Positions 1 through 9,672 of a stretch of 64,000 bases of DNA are shown one piece after another. Both the position numbers and the translations under genes were made by a program. Positions within the stretch are counted from its first letter, which is position 1. The number at the start of each line of letters is the position of its first letter. Location of the stretch: NCBI GenBank assembly GCA_007376195.1, contig VMFT01000002.1, positions 1,273 to 65,272 of the forward strand, read 5' to 3'. The stretch is from Parcubacteria group bacterium Gr01-1014_29. GTDB taxonomy: Bacteria; Patescibacteriota; Minisyncoccia; Ryanbacterales; 2-02-FULL-48-12. Below the pieces are notes generated by a model that was not told the DNA's origin, searched no databases, and saw nothing but the letters and a program-made list of their open reading frames with translations.

Positions 1-362
1 AACACAGAGAAATAATGAATAGCGGGGTGGGGTAAATTATGCGTGTTCAAACAAATACGAAAAGTCGGCATATAAATAGCCGCATCGTTTTTCTTCTCAA
101 ACACAGTTCTCCCACTTGCGTCACCGCTAAAGCTAGGGCGGCACGCGGTCGCGTAAAGCTTCGGAAGGACGCAGTAATCCTAAAGGACTGCGATTTACAG
201 TCGCCTTGCAAGGCGAGTAAATCGGGAGCATCCTCCACGATGGCACCCAAAAATAAGAAGGAAAGCGACTATATTTTTGGAGTGTGCCCGCATGGGTGCA
301 CCCAGAAAAGAATTGAACCAAGAAGTCCTTACGTGGTAGGGATTTTTTGGTATTATGAGCAT

Positions 363-995
363 ATGAATTTCGAACAGTCGCAACAAAATCCAAAAACTGA
401 AGTCATCGAAAAAACAAGCAACGATAGGCAATTTGCCTACAAACGCGAGGTTGGAGAATTGATTAAGGAGAGGCCGGGGATTCTGAAGGACGCCCTTAAT
501 CTTATTGCAGAAGCTGAAAAACTTGATGTAGGCAAGAGTATCGACGAAGACGACATAAAAGTTACTTATTTCCAAGAACGTAATTGGTCGCATAACTTTA
601 AAGTCGAAGTGAATGATAAATCATTTTTTGTCAGGAAAGAATTAGGCCGAGGGACTGGATTCAAGGCGATACGGGGATTTAAAGAAGCTGCACAGAGAAT
701 TGAAGGCAAGGAGGATGTGCGGCTCATTGATTACCAGCTTGGCTATACCGACAAGATGGGTAATGACTACTTTGTTGCGAAATGGGAAAATTTGCCCGTG
801 ATGGGAGATTACCTCAGCCGGGATTTGCCTGATGAAGAAAGAAAGTTTATCGCTCAAAAGTTAGAGTATGTATACGATACGTTTAAGGATTATGATGATG
901 TAACTACCGGAAACATGTTTTACGATCCAGAAAAGAAGCAGATCGTATTATTTGATCTGGAAAAGCAGGATATTTATGACAGTAATAAGGGGTAA
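363..995 (+). CDS. Hypothetical protein with protein-kinase-like motifs
   Basis: ATG 363 lies 6 nt after TGG-TATTAT (-10 at 351-356). DVTTGNMFY...VLFDL resembles a kinase catalytic loop and metal-binding Asp. The upstream part of track ORF 39..995 looks non-coding. Confidence 0.5.
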   Translation: MNFEQSQQNPKTEVIEKTSNDRQFAYKREVGELIKERPGILKDALNLIAEAEKLDVGKSIDEDDIKVTYFQERNWSHNFKVEVNDKSFFVRKELGRGTGFKAIRGFKEAAQRIEGKEDVRLIDYQLGYTDKMGNDYFVAKWENLPVMGDYLSRDLPDEERKFIAQKLEYVYDTFKDYDDVTTGNMFYDPEKKQIVLFDLEKQDIYDSNKG

Positions 996-1073
996 TACAT
1001 CTATGGGTTTTGAAGGGCCACAACTTCCACTAGAGAATACTCAAGCTACACAGGCGACAGAAAAAGTATTGTT

Positions 1074-1100
1074 GTCAAATTCACTTAAAGTGAATTTGAC
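1074..1100. promoter_or_regulatory. 13-bp perfect inverted repeat, candidate AbiEi operator
   Basis: GTCAAATTCACTT-A-AAGTGAATTTGAC upstream of TTGACA(1137)...TACACT(1161). Confidence 0.45.
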
Positions 1101-1177
1101 CTATTTTATGCCCTATATTCAGTAGTTTTAGCCTTATTGACAGCGGCGTTTCTGATATGATACACTATTGTCATACT

Positions 1178-1795
1178 ATGAAAAGTAAGAATAATCTTCT
1201 AGAACAGCTCAAATCCTTACCCCATTTCGGGAAGAATACTGTATATCAGCTTGGCAAACAGTTGGGGCTCAAGGACTCTACGGTTAATACCTACATTAGC
1301 CGTTTTTTGAAGTACAAAGAAATTATCCAGCTCAGGAGAGGGTTGTATGTGTCTGCTGATTTTTTTGATAAAAATAGGAACGATGTTTCCTATTCATTCT
1401 ATCTTGCCAATGTCATTCGAACGCCGTCATATATCAGTTCGTGGGCGGCGCTTCAGTATTACAACCTTGCTACGGAGGCGATCCACTCTGTCACCTCGGT
1501 CACACCTAAAGTGACAAAAGAATACCAGACAAAGGCCGGTAATTTCGCATATCAGTCAATCAGCAAAAATTTTTTCGCAGACTTTTCTTTGGCAAAAGGA
1601 AAGTTTGATTTCTATATAGCTTCTCCCTCCAAAGCATTGTTTGATTTGCTCTATTTGAGGACCCGTCAGTTCAATAACCTTTCAGTAGAACAGATAAAAG
1701 CAATGGTTTCAGAATTAAGGATAGACATTGATGAAATGAGTAAGGAAGAGCAGGATAAATTTTATTCAATGATTAATAAATACTCCCATGAGTGA
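1178..1795 (+). CDS. Type IV TA antitoxin, AbiEi-like
   Basis: N-terminal wHTH (IQLRRGLY), PSYISSWAALQYY, ASPSKALFDLLY; overlaps the toxin start. Confidence 0.85.
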   Translation: MKSKNNLLEQLKSLPHFGKNTVYQLGKQLGLKDSTVNTYISRFLKYKEIIQLRRGLYVSADFFDKNRNDVSYSFYLANVIRTPSYISSWAALQYYNLATEAIHSVTSVTPKVTKEYQTKAGNFAYQSISKNFFADFSLAKGKFDFYIASPSKALFDLLYLRTRQFNNLSVEQIKAMVSELRIDIDEMSKEEQDKFYSMINKYSHE

Positions 1796-3071
1796 ACAGA
1801 TTTCAACAATTCTAAAACGTAAGCTTGATGATCTTGCCGCCTACGGCAGTCTTGATGCGGAAACGCGCCGTAATGCTCTGAAAGGAGAGTTGCAGTTTTA
1901 TGTTCTCAATTTCATTTACCATCACCCGGAATACAACGCGTGGATCATGTATGGCGGTTCGGCACTTCGTATTATCCATGAGCTTGACCGCATGTCAGTT
2001 GACTTGGATTTTGAGATTTCTCATGCGGTAACGGAGAAGTTTTTAGAGGAATTGAAAAAAGAAGTTGAGGATTACTTCACTAATACCTTTGGCGCGGGAG
2101 CTGATTTTCTTACGATAAAAATAATCACCGGTAGAGGTCTGCTCTTGAAGTTCCACGTTGGTGAAGAGCTAAGCTCCGGACACCCCTCAAAGCAGGTGCA
2201 TGTAAAAATTGATCTCAATCACTTTGTCGCTCCCAAGACTGTCACTGAACGTCGGCCGATAAACCGCAATCAGTTATCCTTTGTGATCATCACCTACAAT
2301 ATGTCCTCGCTTATGGCGAGCAAGCTTGCCGCTATTTTCCTCCGTGGTACCCGTGGCGTGGGAGAAGCAACTTACGAGGAAAAAGGACGCGATATTTATG
2401 ATCTCCTTTGGTACATGAATAAAAAAGTAGTGCCAGACTTCGATTACCTCATAGCCAAAGGCATTGACGCGAAAGACCCTCGCGCGCTTTTCGATAAACT
2501 CACGCTTCAGATCAACAAAGTGAGCGATAAAAATCTTGAGCAGGACCTTGAGCCTCTGTTTGTGGATAAGACGTATATTAGAAATTTGCTCAAGAACTGG
2601 CGAGAGAGCTATCTACGACTTTTGGATGAATATAAAATTCGCAACATTAAAGAACTCGAGAGTATTGGTATACATCAGGACTTTCGCACAGATACTTTTT
2701 CTTTCGTGTATTGGTATACGACGGAGGACGGCGGATCGATCAGGGTTGTTTATAACCTAAGCGAGTACTGGATTATATTCGGCGAGGGTAATTTGCAGGT
2801 TGAAATAGATAAGAAACTGGAAGAGAGGATGGATTTCAGGAGCAACAGGGTTAGCAGTCGTCCGACTTCGCAGGATAGGCTTAAGCAGTACGCGACCCTG
2901 TTTTATCAGAAAACGGAAAAGTACTTCAAGAAAACGAATCGGATCATGCTCGGGGACAGCATTATCACTAAGATTATTCGGATAACGGCCGATAATTTGA
3001 ACCAGAAGGAACAGATCGTGCTTAATAAGTCGGCACTGCTTTCTTGTGAGCTTGATGACTTACTGAAATAA
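1788..3071 (+). CDS. AbiEii/AbiGii nucleotidyltransferase toxin with C-terminal extension
   Basis: GGSALR...RMSVDLDF, SKLAA, KGRDIYDL motifs. Confidence 0.9.
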   Translation: MSEQISTILKRKLDDLAAYGSLDAETRRNALKGELQFYVLNFIYHHPEYNAWIMYGGSALRIIHELDRMSVDLDFEISHAVTEKFLEELKKEVEDYFTNTFGAGADFLTIKIITGRGLLLKFHVGEELSSGHPSKQVHVKIDLNHFVAPKTVTERRPINRNQLSFVIITYNMSSLMASKLAAIFLRGTRGVGEATYEEKGRDIYDLLWYMNKKVVPDFDYLIAKGIDAKDPRALFDKLTLQINKVSDKNLEQDLEPLFVDKTYIRNLLKNWRESYLRLLDEYKIRNIKELESIGIHQDFRTDTFSFVYWYTTEDGGSIRVVYNLSEYWIIFGEGNLQVEIDKKLEERMDFRSNRVSSRPTSQDRLKQYATLFYQKTEKYFKKTNRIMLGDSIITKIIRITADNLNQKEQIVLNKSALLSCELDDLLK

Positions 3072-3088
3072 ATTTTAGGAAAAGTTTG

Positions 3089-3334
3089 TTACAAAATTTT
3101 ATGACTTGAAGGAAGCCACTCTATGAGTTTTTTGCGATGCTTGTCAATTGACCATTCGTCGCTGTTTTTGAAAAGAGAAGGATAAAGCGACTGAAATTTT
3201 TTCAGTGTAGCAACTGATGCTTGAGTAAAATTTGCCGGTATGGTGCTATTGTACATTTCCATAAAAACAGGCAGAGTTGTTGCGATTTGATTGATTTCTA
3301 GATCGTTTTTTTTCTTTCCCTTCATGTTTATCAT
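3089..3334 (-). CDS. Small hypothetical protein
   Basis: 81-aa ORF filling the gap, plausible composition. Confidence 0.55.
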   Translation of the reverse strand: MINMKGKKKNDLEINQIATTLPVFMEMYNSTIPANFTQASVATLKKFQSLYPSLFKNSDEWSIDKHRKKLIEWLPSSHKIL

Positions 3335-3423
3335 ACTATCATAGCTTACTCAAAACATCAATCTCTTTATGTGTATGCATAAAAAATGCCCGGGAGAAAT
3401 TGTTCTCATCGGGCTTTTTGCTG

Positions 3424-3817
3424 TTACTTTTTGCCGCTGCGTTTTTTGGCATAGCAGCGGTTCAGGAACGATCTCGCTACTTCCCACTTGGTATGCGGGT
3501 CATTTGTTATGTAGTTGGGAATTACACCACGCTCATCAGTGGTAGTACCGTCCTTAAAAAATATGCGTCCGTTTGTAAATTTTAACACAGCACCGTCTGT
3601 AAATGTGTGTGTTATTTGCATTCTTTACTGTCGGCAATACCATATCGTTTGCAATGCGGATCATAACGCATTCATGCACCGCTTTTTTATCCAGCGGATA
3701 GAGCCACTGCTCTTCAAGTACACGCAGCAACTCGTCATAAGTGGTTTGGTCGCCACTGCTTATGCTAGTACTGCTCACAATTGTTGCGAGCACGGCCAAT
3801 ACGATAAAGCGCTTCAT
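3424..3817 (-). pseudogene. Frameshifted, internally deleted S41/CtpA-like peptidase relic
   Basis: Signal peptide + YDELLRVLEEQWLYPLD in one frame; QITHTFTDGAVLKFTNGRIFFKDG...GVIPNY (CtpA C-terminus-like) in another. Confidence 0.4.
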
Positions 3818-4070
3818 GGTTCACCTCGCGTTTGTCAGATTTGTTCTTGATATAGCATACGGAAATATTTTTGTAAATGTCAACAAAGGGAGTTGACATT
3901 ATATTTATAAAATGTTAGCACTGGAAATGGTATAGAAGCAAAAATCAAGCTCTTTGACATATACAACTAGGACTTACGTGTTTGTGTATATTCTGGCTTT
4001 TTCTTTTCTGTCATTCTCGCGCAGGCGGGAATCCAGGACATTGTCAGTAATAGAAAAGGAGTGATTGGAA

Positions 4071-4889
4071 ATGAGCACAGCAAGGACACGCAAAGCAACA
4101 CACCAGGGTTCTAAACATCTCCAGCTTGGGTTTAATAACCAGGACGGGGTACTTTTGGAGTCTTTCAATATACCGGCTTTTGGGAAACAATATACCGTTG
4201 GCATCGTATGTGACGGCTGTACTGGGCTTCCTGGGTTTAGTAAAACCGAGGTCGGCGCGAGTATTTTGCCGGTTTTTGCGTTCGGACGGTGTCAAGAGTT
4301 CTTGTGCGCCGGTCTTCCGCTCGCGGATATACCGATGGTACTGTTTCAATCATGCACAGAATTCTTGCGCGATTTGGCGCAGAAGGTTATGCCCGGAAAT
4401 ATTTATTGGGGATATTCGGAAGTGTTGAGCACCGCTTTGGCAAAACTCAAAACGGGTCGCAAGGGTTGGGACAGTACTACACGCTTTCGCATCGACTATC
4501 TTTCGGCGACGCTGCTTGGTTTCGTTACAGACGAAACGCAATTAGTTACGTTTACGGCTGGCGACGGCATCGTGCTGGTAAACGATGACATTCGCGTTAT
4601 TGACCAGGACGACAAACCAGAATATCCGGCGTCTTCGATCAACAGCCCGGGAAAGGGATTTGACGTACATGTCTTGAGTCTCTCCGAAGTGCAGAGAGTT
4701 GCCATTTGTTCGGATGGGTTAAAGGAACTTATGCAGGACCAAAAGTTTGTGGACCAGATGTTTTCGTTCAGTCCCGGACTGTTCGGATTGCAGATTCTCC
4801 TTAACAATACCTACAGCGAACGTGATCACCTTATGGAGGATGATTGTACGGCGGTTACATTCGAAAGGAGCGATGAGCCATGTACCTAG
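4071..4889 (+). CDS. PP2C-family protein phosphatase (TerY-P type)
   Basis: GSKH...NQDG, VCDG, AGDG, CSDGL, EDDCT metal-binding motifs; AAAAGGAG SD. Confidence 0.85.
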   Translation: MSTARTRKATHQGSKHLQLGFNNQDGVLLESFNIPAFGKQYTVGIVCDGCTGLPGFSKTEVGASILPVFAFGRCQEFLCAGLPLADIPMVLFQSCTEFLRDLAQKVMPGNIYWGYSEVLSTALAKLKTGRKGWDSTTRFRIDYLSATLLGFVTDETQLVTFTAGDGIVLVNDDIRVIDQDDKPEYPASSINSPGKGFDVHVLSLSEVQRVAICSDGLKELMQDQKFVDQMFSFSPGLFGLQILLNNTYSERDHLMEDDCTAVTFERSDEPCT

Positions 4890-6844
4890 TGAATGGCAAG
4901 AAATATGATGAAGATCCAAGCCGCAAACTTGGTGGCGGGTCTGAAGGTTCGGTGTATCCATTCGACGGCGACCCGGATAATACATGCGTCAAACTTTGGC
5001 ATCCAGTTGATCCGAAAGATCGTTCCGGACAGCAGATTGCGTTATACCGTGCAAAGAAAGTAAAAGCTGTTACGGGTCTTAACCTTCATTTGCCAGAACA
5101 GTTCATTCTCCCAAAACTTCCCGCACAAGACGGTAAGGGAAATATTATTGGCTATCTCATGCGACGCGTGCCGAAAGAGTATGTCAAGTTGATGAAGTTG
5201 CTTCAGCCAGCGTTTCGAACCAACAATTCGATTGGGTTGAAAGATATTGCGTTGTTGTACGCTTTTTTCTTCGAGGACTTGGAGGTACTTCAGAAGAATA
5301 GTATCTCGGTGGGGGACGTAAATCTTGGCGGCAACATGGTGAGATTCACCTCGAAAGGGATTGAGCGCGTATGGGTGGATACCGATAGTTGGAGCTATCC
5401 AGGATTTCCCTGTCTCGCTACAACGGAAATGTTCTGTCATCCGGATTTGTATGCAAACCTTGGGTCTGGTGGCAAATTTGTGCCGCCTATGCACAAGCAT
5501 GACTGCTTTGCATTCGAGGTGGAATTTTGTCTGCTGGCTCTGCCGGGAGCTCACCCATTTCGAATGGGGTTGCATCCGAGCGTTACCAGTCTTCAGGAGC
5601 GCGCAGAGGCGGGGATTACCATTTTCGATTCTAGTGTAGCTTATCCAAAGTACTTGCCATCTCCAGATGTGCTAAGTGATGAGTTGCTTCACGAACTTAT
5701 TCTCCGGTTGAAGCGGAAAAAGGAGGAACCGCTTCCTGCCAAACTGCTTCGGGATTTTGCCGAACAGTTGGTCGTATGCGCGAAGTGCAGCGAGCAGTAT
5801 CATCGCTCGCGTTCAAATTGTCCGAAGTGTCAGGAGAAAACCATAGTCGATCTAAAGAAATTGATCGAGCTCATAATCCAAGAAGTCTATGCCGCTTCGG
5901 AAGCGATTTTATACACGCAAGTTGTCGACAGTACACTTTTTGTGGTTTGTCGAGTTAGCGGGATGATACACATCGTAACTATTGATGAGAAAGGAGGTGT
6001 AGATACACTTGTAACTTTCATTTCAGCTCTCCGTGGTATGCGGTACCGATTCTTTGGATCACACCTGGTTGTGTGTCCTGATGTGTACGCTGATGCGCCC
6101 GTGCCGATTCAGATTTATAGGATTACAGGTAGCACGTTGCAGATGGTGCAGAATATAACAACCAACGGTCTCGAAAACGAGTCGGCGGTATTCGATGTGT
6201 CGTCACGGTTCATGTACCGTACGGCGGGCAACACTCTCCTGTGCGGGAAATGGATGTTTGGCGGCAAGGTCTTTGGTGAAGATCCTGTTACACAGGTGCA
6301 TCAAACGCAGAGCTGGTTTACTGTGGATCGCACATCCGGATTAGATCGGGAAGCGATATTCGGTTATGACCGTGCTCTTCGCGATATGCAATGGTTTGTT
6401 GTGAAGGGAGACAAGGCCGGAGAGAAGTTCGATTTTCACAACGTTACTCTTCCTGCAATGCGCGCGGGGGAAAGACTGGAAGATTTTGCAGTGGATTTCG
6501 GTGCGGATGCTGTGCTGTTGGTGCGGCAAACCCTTTATCAAGGCCGTCAATATATTCGGTATTCCATCATTGCTCTTAACGGGGTTGTGGTGGAAGATCG
6601 TGTGTTGAGGAGCGGAGATAATGGGTATGACGCATGGGAGAGTATTCACGGCAAATTGTTCCAAAAATCGAGCATTCTTCATGTAACTCCCTTGGGCGTC
6701 GTAAAACAGACGCTCCTGAACAATGCCTATGAACTTGTGGAGGATACGCGCGGTGTGGTGACGGCGGAGGATTGGCTGTTTCGGTTCAACAAGAGTGTCG
6801 GCATTGCACGACGTGGTGCCGTGCTGACAATGAGAAAAAAGTAA
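4880..6844 (+). CDS. Ser/Thr kinase (YegI/TerY-P type) with Zn ribbon and C-terminal beta-rich domain
   Basis: LGGGSEGSVY, VKLW, GDVNLGGN, VDTDSW; CAKC...CPKC. Confidence 0.85.
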   Translation: MYLVNGKKYDEDPSRKLGGGSEGSVYPFDGDPDNTCVKLWHPVDPKDRSGQQIALYRAKKVKAVTGLNLHLPEQFILPKLPAQDGKGNIIGYLMRRVPKEYVKLMKLLQPAFRTNNSIGLKDIALLYAFFFEDLEVLQKNSISVGDVNLGGNMVRFTSKGIERVWVDTDSWSYPGFPCLATTEMFCHPDLYANLGSGGKFVPPMHKHDCFAFEVEFCLLALPGAHPFRMGLHPSVTSLQERAEAGITIFDSSVAYPKYLPSPDVLSDELLHELILRLKRKKEEPLPAKLLRDFAEQLVVCAKCSEQYHRSRSNCPKCQEKTIVDLKKLIELIIQEVYAASEAILYTQVVDSTLFVVCRVSGMIHIVTIDEKGGVDTLVTFISALRGMRYRFFGSHLVVCPDVYADAPVPIQIYRITGSTLQMVQNITTNGLENESAVFDVSSRFMYRTAGNTLLCGKWMFGGKVFGEDPVTQVHQTQSWFTVDRTSGLDREAIFGYDRALRDMQWFVVKGDKAGEKFDFHNVTLPAMRAGERLEDFAVDFGADAVLLVRQTLYQGRQYIRYSIIALNGVVVEDRVLRSGDNGYDAWESIHGKLFQKSSILHVTPLGVVKQTLLNNAYELVEDTRGVVTAEDWLFRFNKSVGIARRGAVLTMRKK

Positions 6845-6871
6845 CCCCAAACCCATGAAAGGAGTACAGTA

Positions 6872-7945
6872 ATGACTACTGTCAAAATTGCGGCACACAT
6901 GCCGCTTCTCTACACGCCCAAGTTCTGGGCTCCGGCGAAAGCTTATGAGAACTACACGCCGGATATCGAGGGGGCCAAGCTCGAAGGCGCTGAATACGCT
7001 CGTAAGCATGGTCTCGAGCCTGCGTTCAGACTGTTGGAGCGGCCGGAGGGTGCCAGTATGGCATTTCTTACAGACTTACAACAGGACTTCCGTGATCATG
7101 GAAGATTGCCGGTTACTGGTACGGATGATGTTGTCCTTCGATGTGCCTCGCGCCTCATCAATGGATTTATTTCCGGCCATTATGCGGGGCTGAAACGTTC
7201 TAAGGATGGGCATCCGCCGGTGCATGTTTCGTTTGGCACATACTTTCGAACGCAAACAGGGGAGTTGTTCGATCTGCGGACACGCAAAGCATCTATCCTT
7301 GCGTTGGAAGATGATAAAAAGTGTATTTTCAAGGCTACATGTTTCGATCCGAGTGATGGTTCTCCCGTCGACGCGGGATACATTCAGCCCATGTACAAGC
7401 CACATGAATGTGTGGCATACAACCATTATCTGGAAAGTACAGGACAAGCACCGCAGTGGGCATTTGCCCAGCATTGTGAACTTGGTACGGACGGCGAATC
7501 GTTCCATCCGCTCATTGTCGAGGCAGTTGCTTTCGCGAGCGGGTTACGGAGCTTTGTTCCGGGACTGGTTAGCAAGGGGCATATCATGGAGTGGGATTGG
7601 TATGGCCCGCTCTGTTCGTGCGGAGGATATTCGGAGGATCCAAACATTGTGCCGGTAATTACCCACCCGCAAGGTGGGTTCCAGAAAGACATTGTCGATG
7701 GGTTCAAACCCTTTCGGAGTGTCGAATTCTTTGGGGTCGCGGAAGACTTCTGCGATTATTGGATGAAGAAGCAGAGCCGGTGGTATTTCAGAGGAACGGA
7801 GTTTCTCAAAAAGATGGTATTCGTCGAAGATGGCACTGCACCCATCGTCCCGAATGCCCAGCATGTGAAGACCCAGAATGCTGAAGCGAGGGCCGAAGGC
7901 GTGAAGTTCATTAAGCACGATACACCTTTCGCGCAATCGCTGTAG
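6872..7945 (+). CDS. Nicotinamidase/isochorismatase-like cysteine hydrolase
   Basis: TDLQQDF, KDGH, HCELGTDG, SKG, GVAEDFC: PncA-type Asp-Lys-Cys triad and metal ligands. Confidence 0.8.
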   Translation: MTTVKIAAHMPLLYTPKFWAPAKAYENYTPDIEGAKLEGAEYARKHGLEPAFRLLERPEGASMAFLTDLQQDFRDHGRLPVTGTDDVVLRCASRLINGFISGHYAGLKRSKDGHPPVHVSFGTYFRTQTGELFDLRTRKASILALEDDKKCIFKATCFDPSDGSPVDAGYIQPMYKPHECVAYNHYLESTGQAPQWAFAQHCELGTDGESFHPLIVEAVAFASGLRSFVPGLVSKGHIMEWDWYGPLCSCGGYSEDPNIVPVITHPQGGFQKDIVDGFKPFRSVEFFGVAEDFCDYWMKKQSRWYFRGTEFLKKMVFVEDGTAPIVPNAQHVKTQNAEARAEGVKFIKHDTPFAQSL

Positions 7946-8029
7946 AGAAGTGCATCATCGGAGGCGGTGACTCTCATTGCACCGCCCCCAATTTTTCATC
8001 AACAACCAAACAGTCAAAGGAGAAAATCC

Positions 8030-8905
8030 ATGCCAACAAAATCAGTTGACCCAACAATCGCGGCATTCTTCAAAGATCCTGATGCGAGCAGTGTTGTGGG
8101 ACTTAAGGCATCTCAAATCGTTGCGCCGATCGTGCGCGGCGAAGACGTGAGGCCGGAAGAGCTTATGATGGGTGGCGGCTTGCGCATTGTCCAGTTTGTA
8201 CTCGATCGTTCTCCGAGCATGGAGCCGGTGGGCAACATGCTTCGGGAGGACTTCAACACAGAGTTCGTACCGGCGGTGAAAGAGGCACGCGAGGATGATA
8301 TCAGTGTTCTGCGTATCGGCGGCACGTCGTTTTCAACCGACATCGAGCCGATTTGGAAGGGAAAAGGTTTATCCGGAGTCACTGAATATTATCATTCCAT
8401 CGATAATCTTCCAGCACTTACTCGCGCTGAATACGATCCGGAGAGAGGCTACACAACGGCACTTCATGATGCTATCCTCGACGGTACGGCACGTGCTCTG
8501 AAGTTTGCCGCGGACCAACAGCAAAAGACAGGTACGGCGCCTGATGTGGATGTGATTGTCTTAACTGACGGAGCCAATAACTGTAACCCCAGAGATCCTG
8601 CGGTAGTGAAAGATATGGTTGTGGGCGCAAACAAACGGCGAGTGCGGTTTATCTTCTTCTACTTCGAAACAGGTGACGGTCTCGAAAACCCGAAAGACTA
8701 TGCCGTTAGTGAGCTAGGTTTTGACGGTGAGAATGTCATGGAGTTCAAACAGGGGCCAGGCGAAACGAAGGAAGAACGCCGCAAGCGTTTCCGGCGCATG
8801 ATGCGGGTGATGAGCAGGGTCTCGGCATCCAAAGGCATGAGCGCTGTTCAAGCGGCCGCGACGCAACAAGTTGCCACCGCAACTGATGACGAAGATCTTG
8901 TCTAA
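8030..8905 (+). CDS. vWA (TerY-like) domain protein
   Basis: MIDAS DRSPS, TALHDAI, LTDG; AAAGGAG SD before ATG 8030. Confidence 0.85.
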   Translation: MPTKSVDPTIAAFFKDPDASSVVGLKASQIVAPIVRGEDVRPEELMMGGGLRIVQFVLDRSPSMEPVGNMLREDFNTEFVPAVKEAREDDISVLRIGGTSFSTDIEPIWKGKGLSGVTEYYHSIDNLPALTRAEYDPERGYTTALHDAILDGTARALKFAADQQQKTGTAPDVDVIVLTDGANNCNPRDPAVVKDMVVGANKRRVRFIFFYFETGDGLENPKDYAVSELGFDGENVMEFKQGPGETKEERRKRFRRMMRVMSRVSASKGMSAVQAAATQQVATATDDEDLV

Positions 8906-8917
8906 AGGAGTAGGACA

Positions 8918-9157
8918 ATGGCTTCTTTAATACAGCTCACCATGCTTGCTGAACTTACAGTAAAAGAAGTGAAAGCAAGCAAACTTCCTCTGGAGGAAGT
9001 TGATCTTGTGGAAGTCGCGGCTATCCTCATTCACGCAAAGCACCTTGATGGAAATACTGAGGGTCAGGCCGAGGTGAGTACGGAAGGGTGGCCGGATGTG
9101 TCCCTCGCATGGAAATCCCGTTATAGAAACCTTGCGAGACAGTTCTTTCAAAAGTAA
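8918..9157 (+). CDS. Small hypothetical protein, last gene of the operon
   Basis: AAAGGAG SD, followed by a terminator. Confidence 0.65.
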   Translation: MASLIQLTMLAELTVKEVKASKLPLEEVDLVEVAAILIHAKHLDGNTEGQAEVSTEGWPDVSLAWKSRYRNLARQFFQK

Positions 9158-9170
9158 GCAGTTCATTTAC

Positions 9171-9195
9171 CGGACCTCCCGAGAGGTCCGTTTTT
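9171..9195 (+). terminator. Intrinsic terminator
   Basis: CGGACCTC-CCGA-GAGGTCCG then TTTTT. Confidence 0.8.
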
Positions 9196-9236
9196 ATTTG
9201 GCATCCTTGCTAGATCAGTAGTTATATGATAAAAAC

Positions 9237-9389
9237 CCGGAGGTTATTTTCAAGAGCGACGCGTTTGAGGGCCGCGAGCACGAGATCATCGGAAAGGAAT
9301 ATGCAAAGAGAATTAAAATTGTCCGCGATGTTGTGGACCATTCGTCCACAACGGAAATTTTAAGAGAAGCATCAAAACGACCTTATTGA
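9237..9389 (+). pseudogene. C-terminal fragment resembling a cytidylyltransferase (RfaE/TagD-like)
   Basis: Startless frame PEVIFKSDAF...IIGKEY...HSSTTEIL...*. Confidence 0.35.
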
Positions 9390-9553
9390 GTTGGCGTGAT
9401 ATCAACGGTGAAACATCACATACACTAGGCATATGATCCCACTTTGAGCAGTGGGATTTTTTTCGTCGTAATATTCCATTCAATAACTGTTCGTTGTTTT
9501 TTAATCATTAGTTTTCTATTATTGTGATATGTCATACTGGTATTTCCATATGA

Positions 9554-9672
9554 ATCCCGTTAGAGATCGCAGACGCATAAAACTGATGCTAATCAAAAAG
9601 CAAAACAGTATTAATCACCATAAACACATAGGACGCGAGGCTTGTTCGTCTGCGTCTTATCTCTAACGGGAT
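9554..9672. mobile_element. MITE-like element with 14-bp terminal inverted repeats
   Basis: ATCCCGTTAGAGAT ... ATCTCTAACGGGAT, inner CGCAGACG/CGTCTGCG; ATGAA at both 9550 and 9671. Confidence 0.7.

Noticed and set aside
39-362. N-terminal extension of the first ORF
   Set aside because: It runs through palindromic sequence; a promoter-like -10 supports ATG 363.
3915-3940. CIRCE element before the PP2C gene
   Set aside because: Only TTAGCACT is present; the GAGTGCTAA half is missing.
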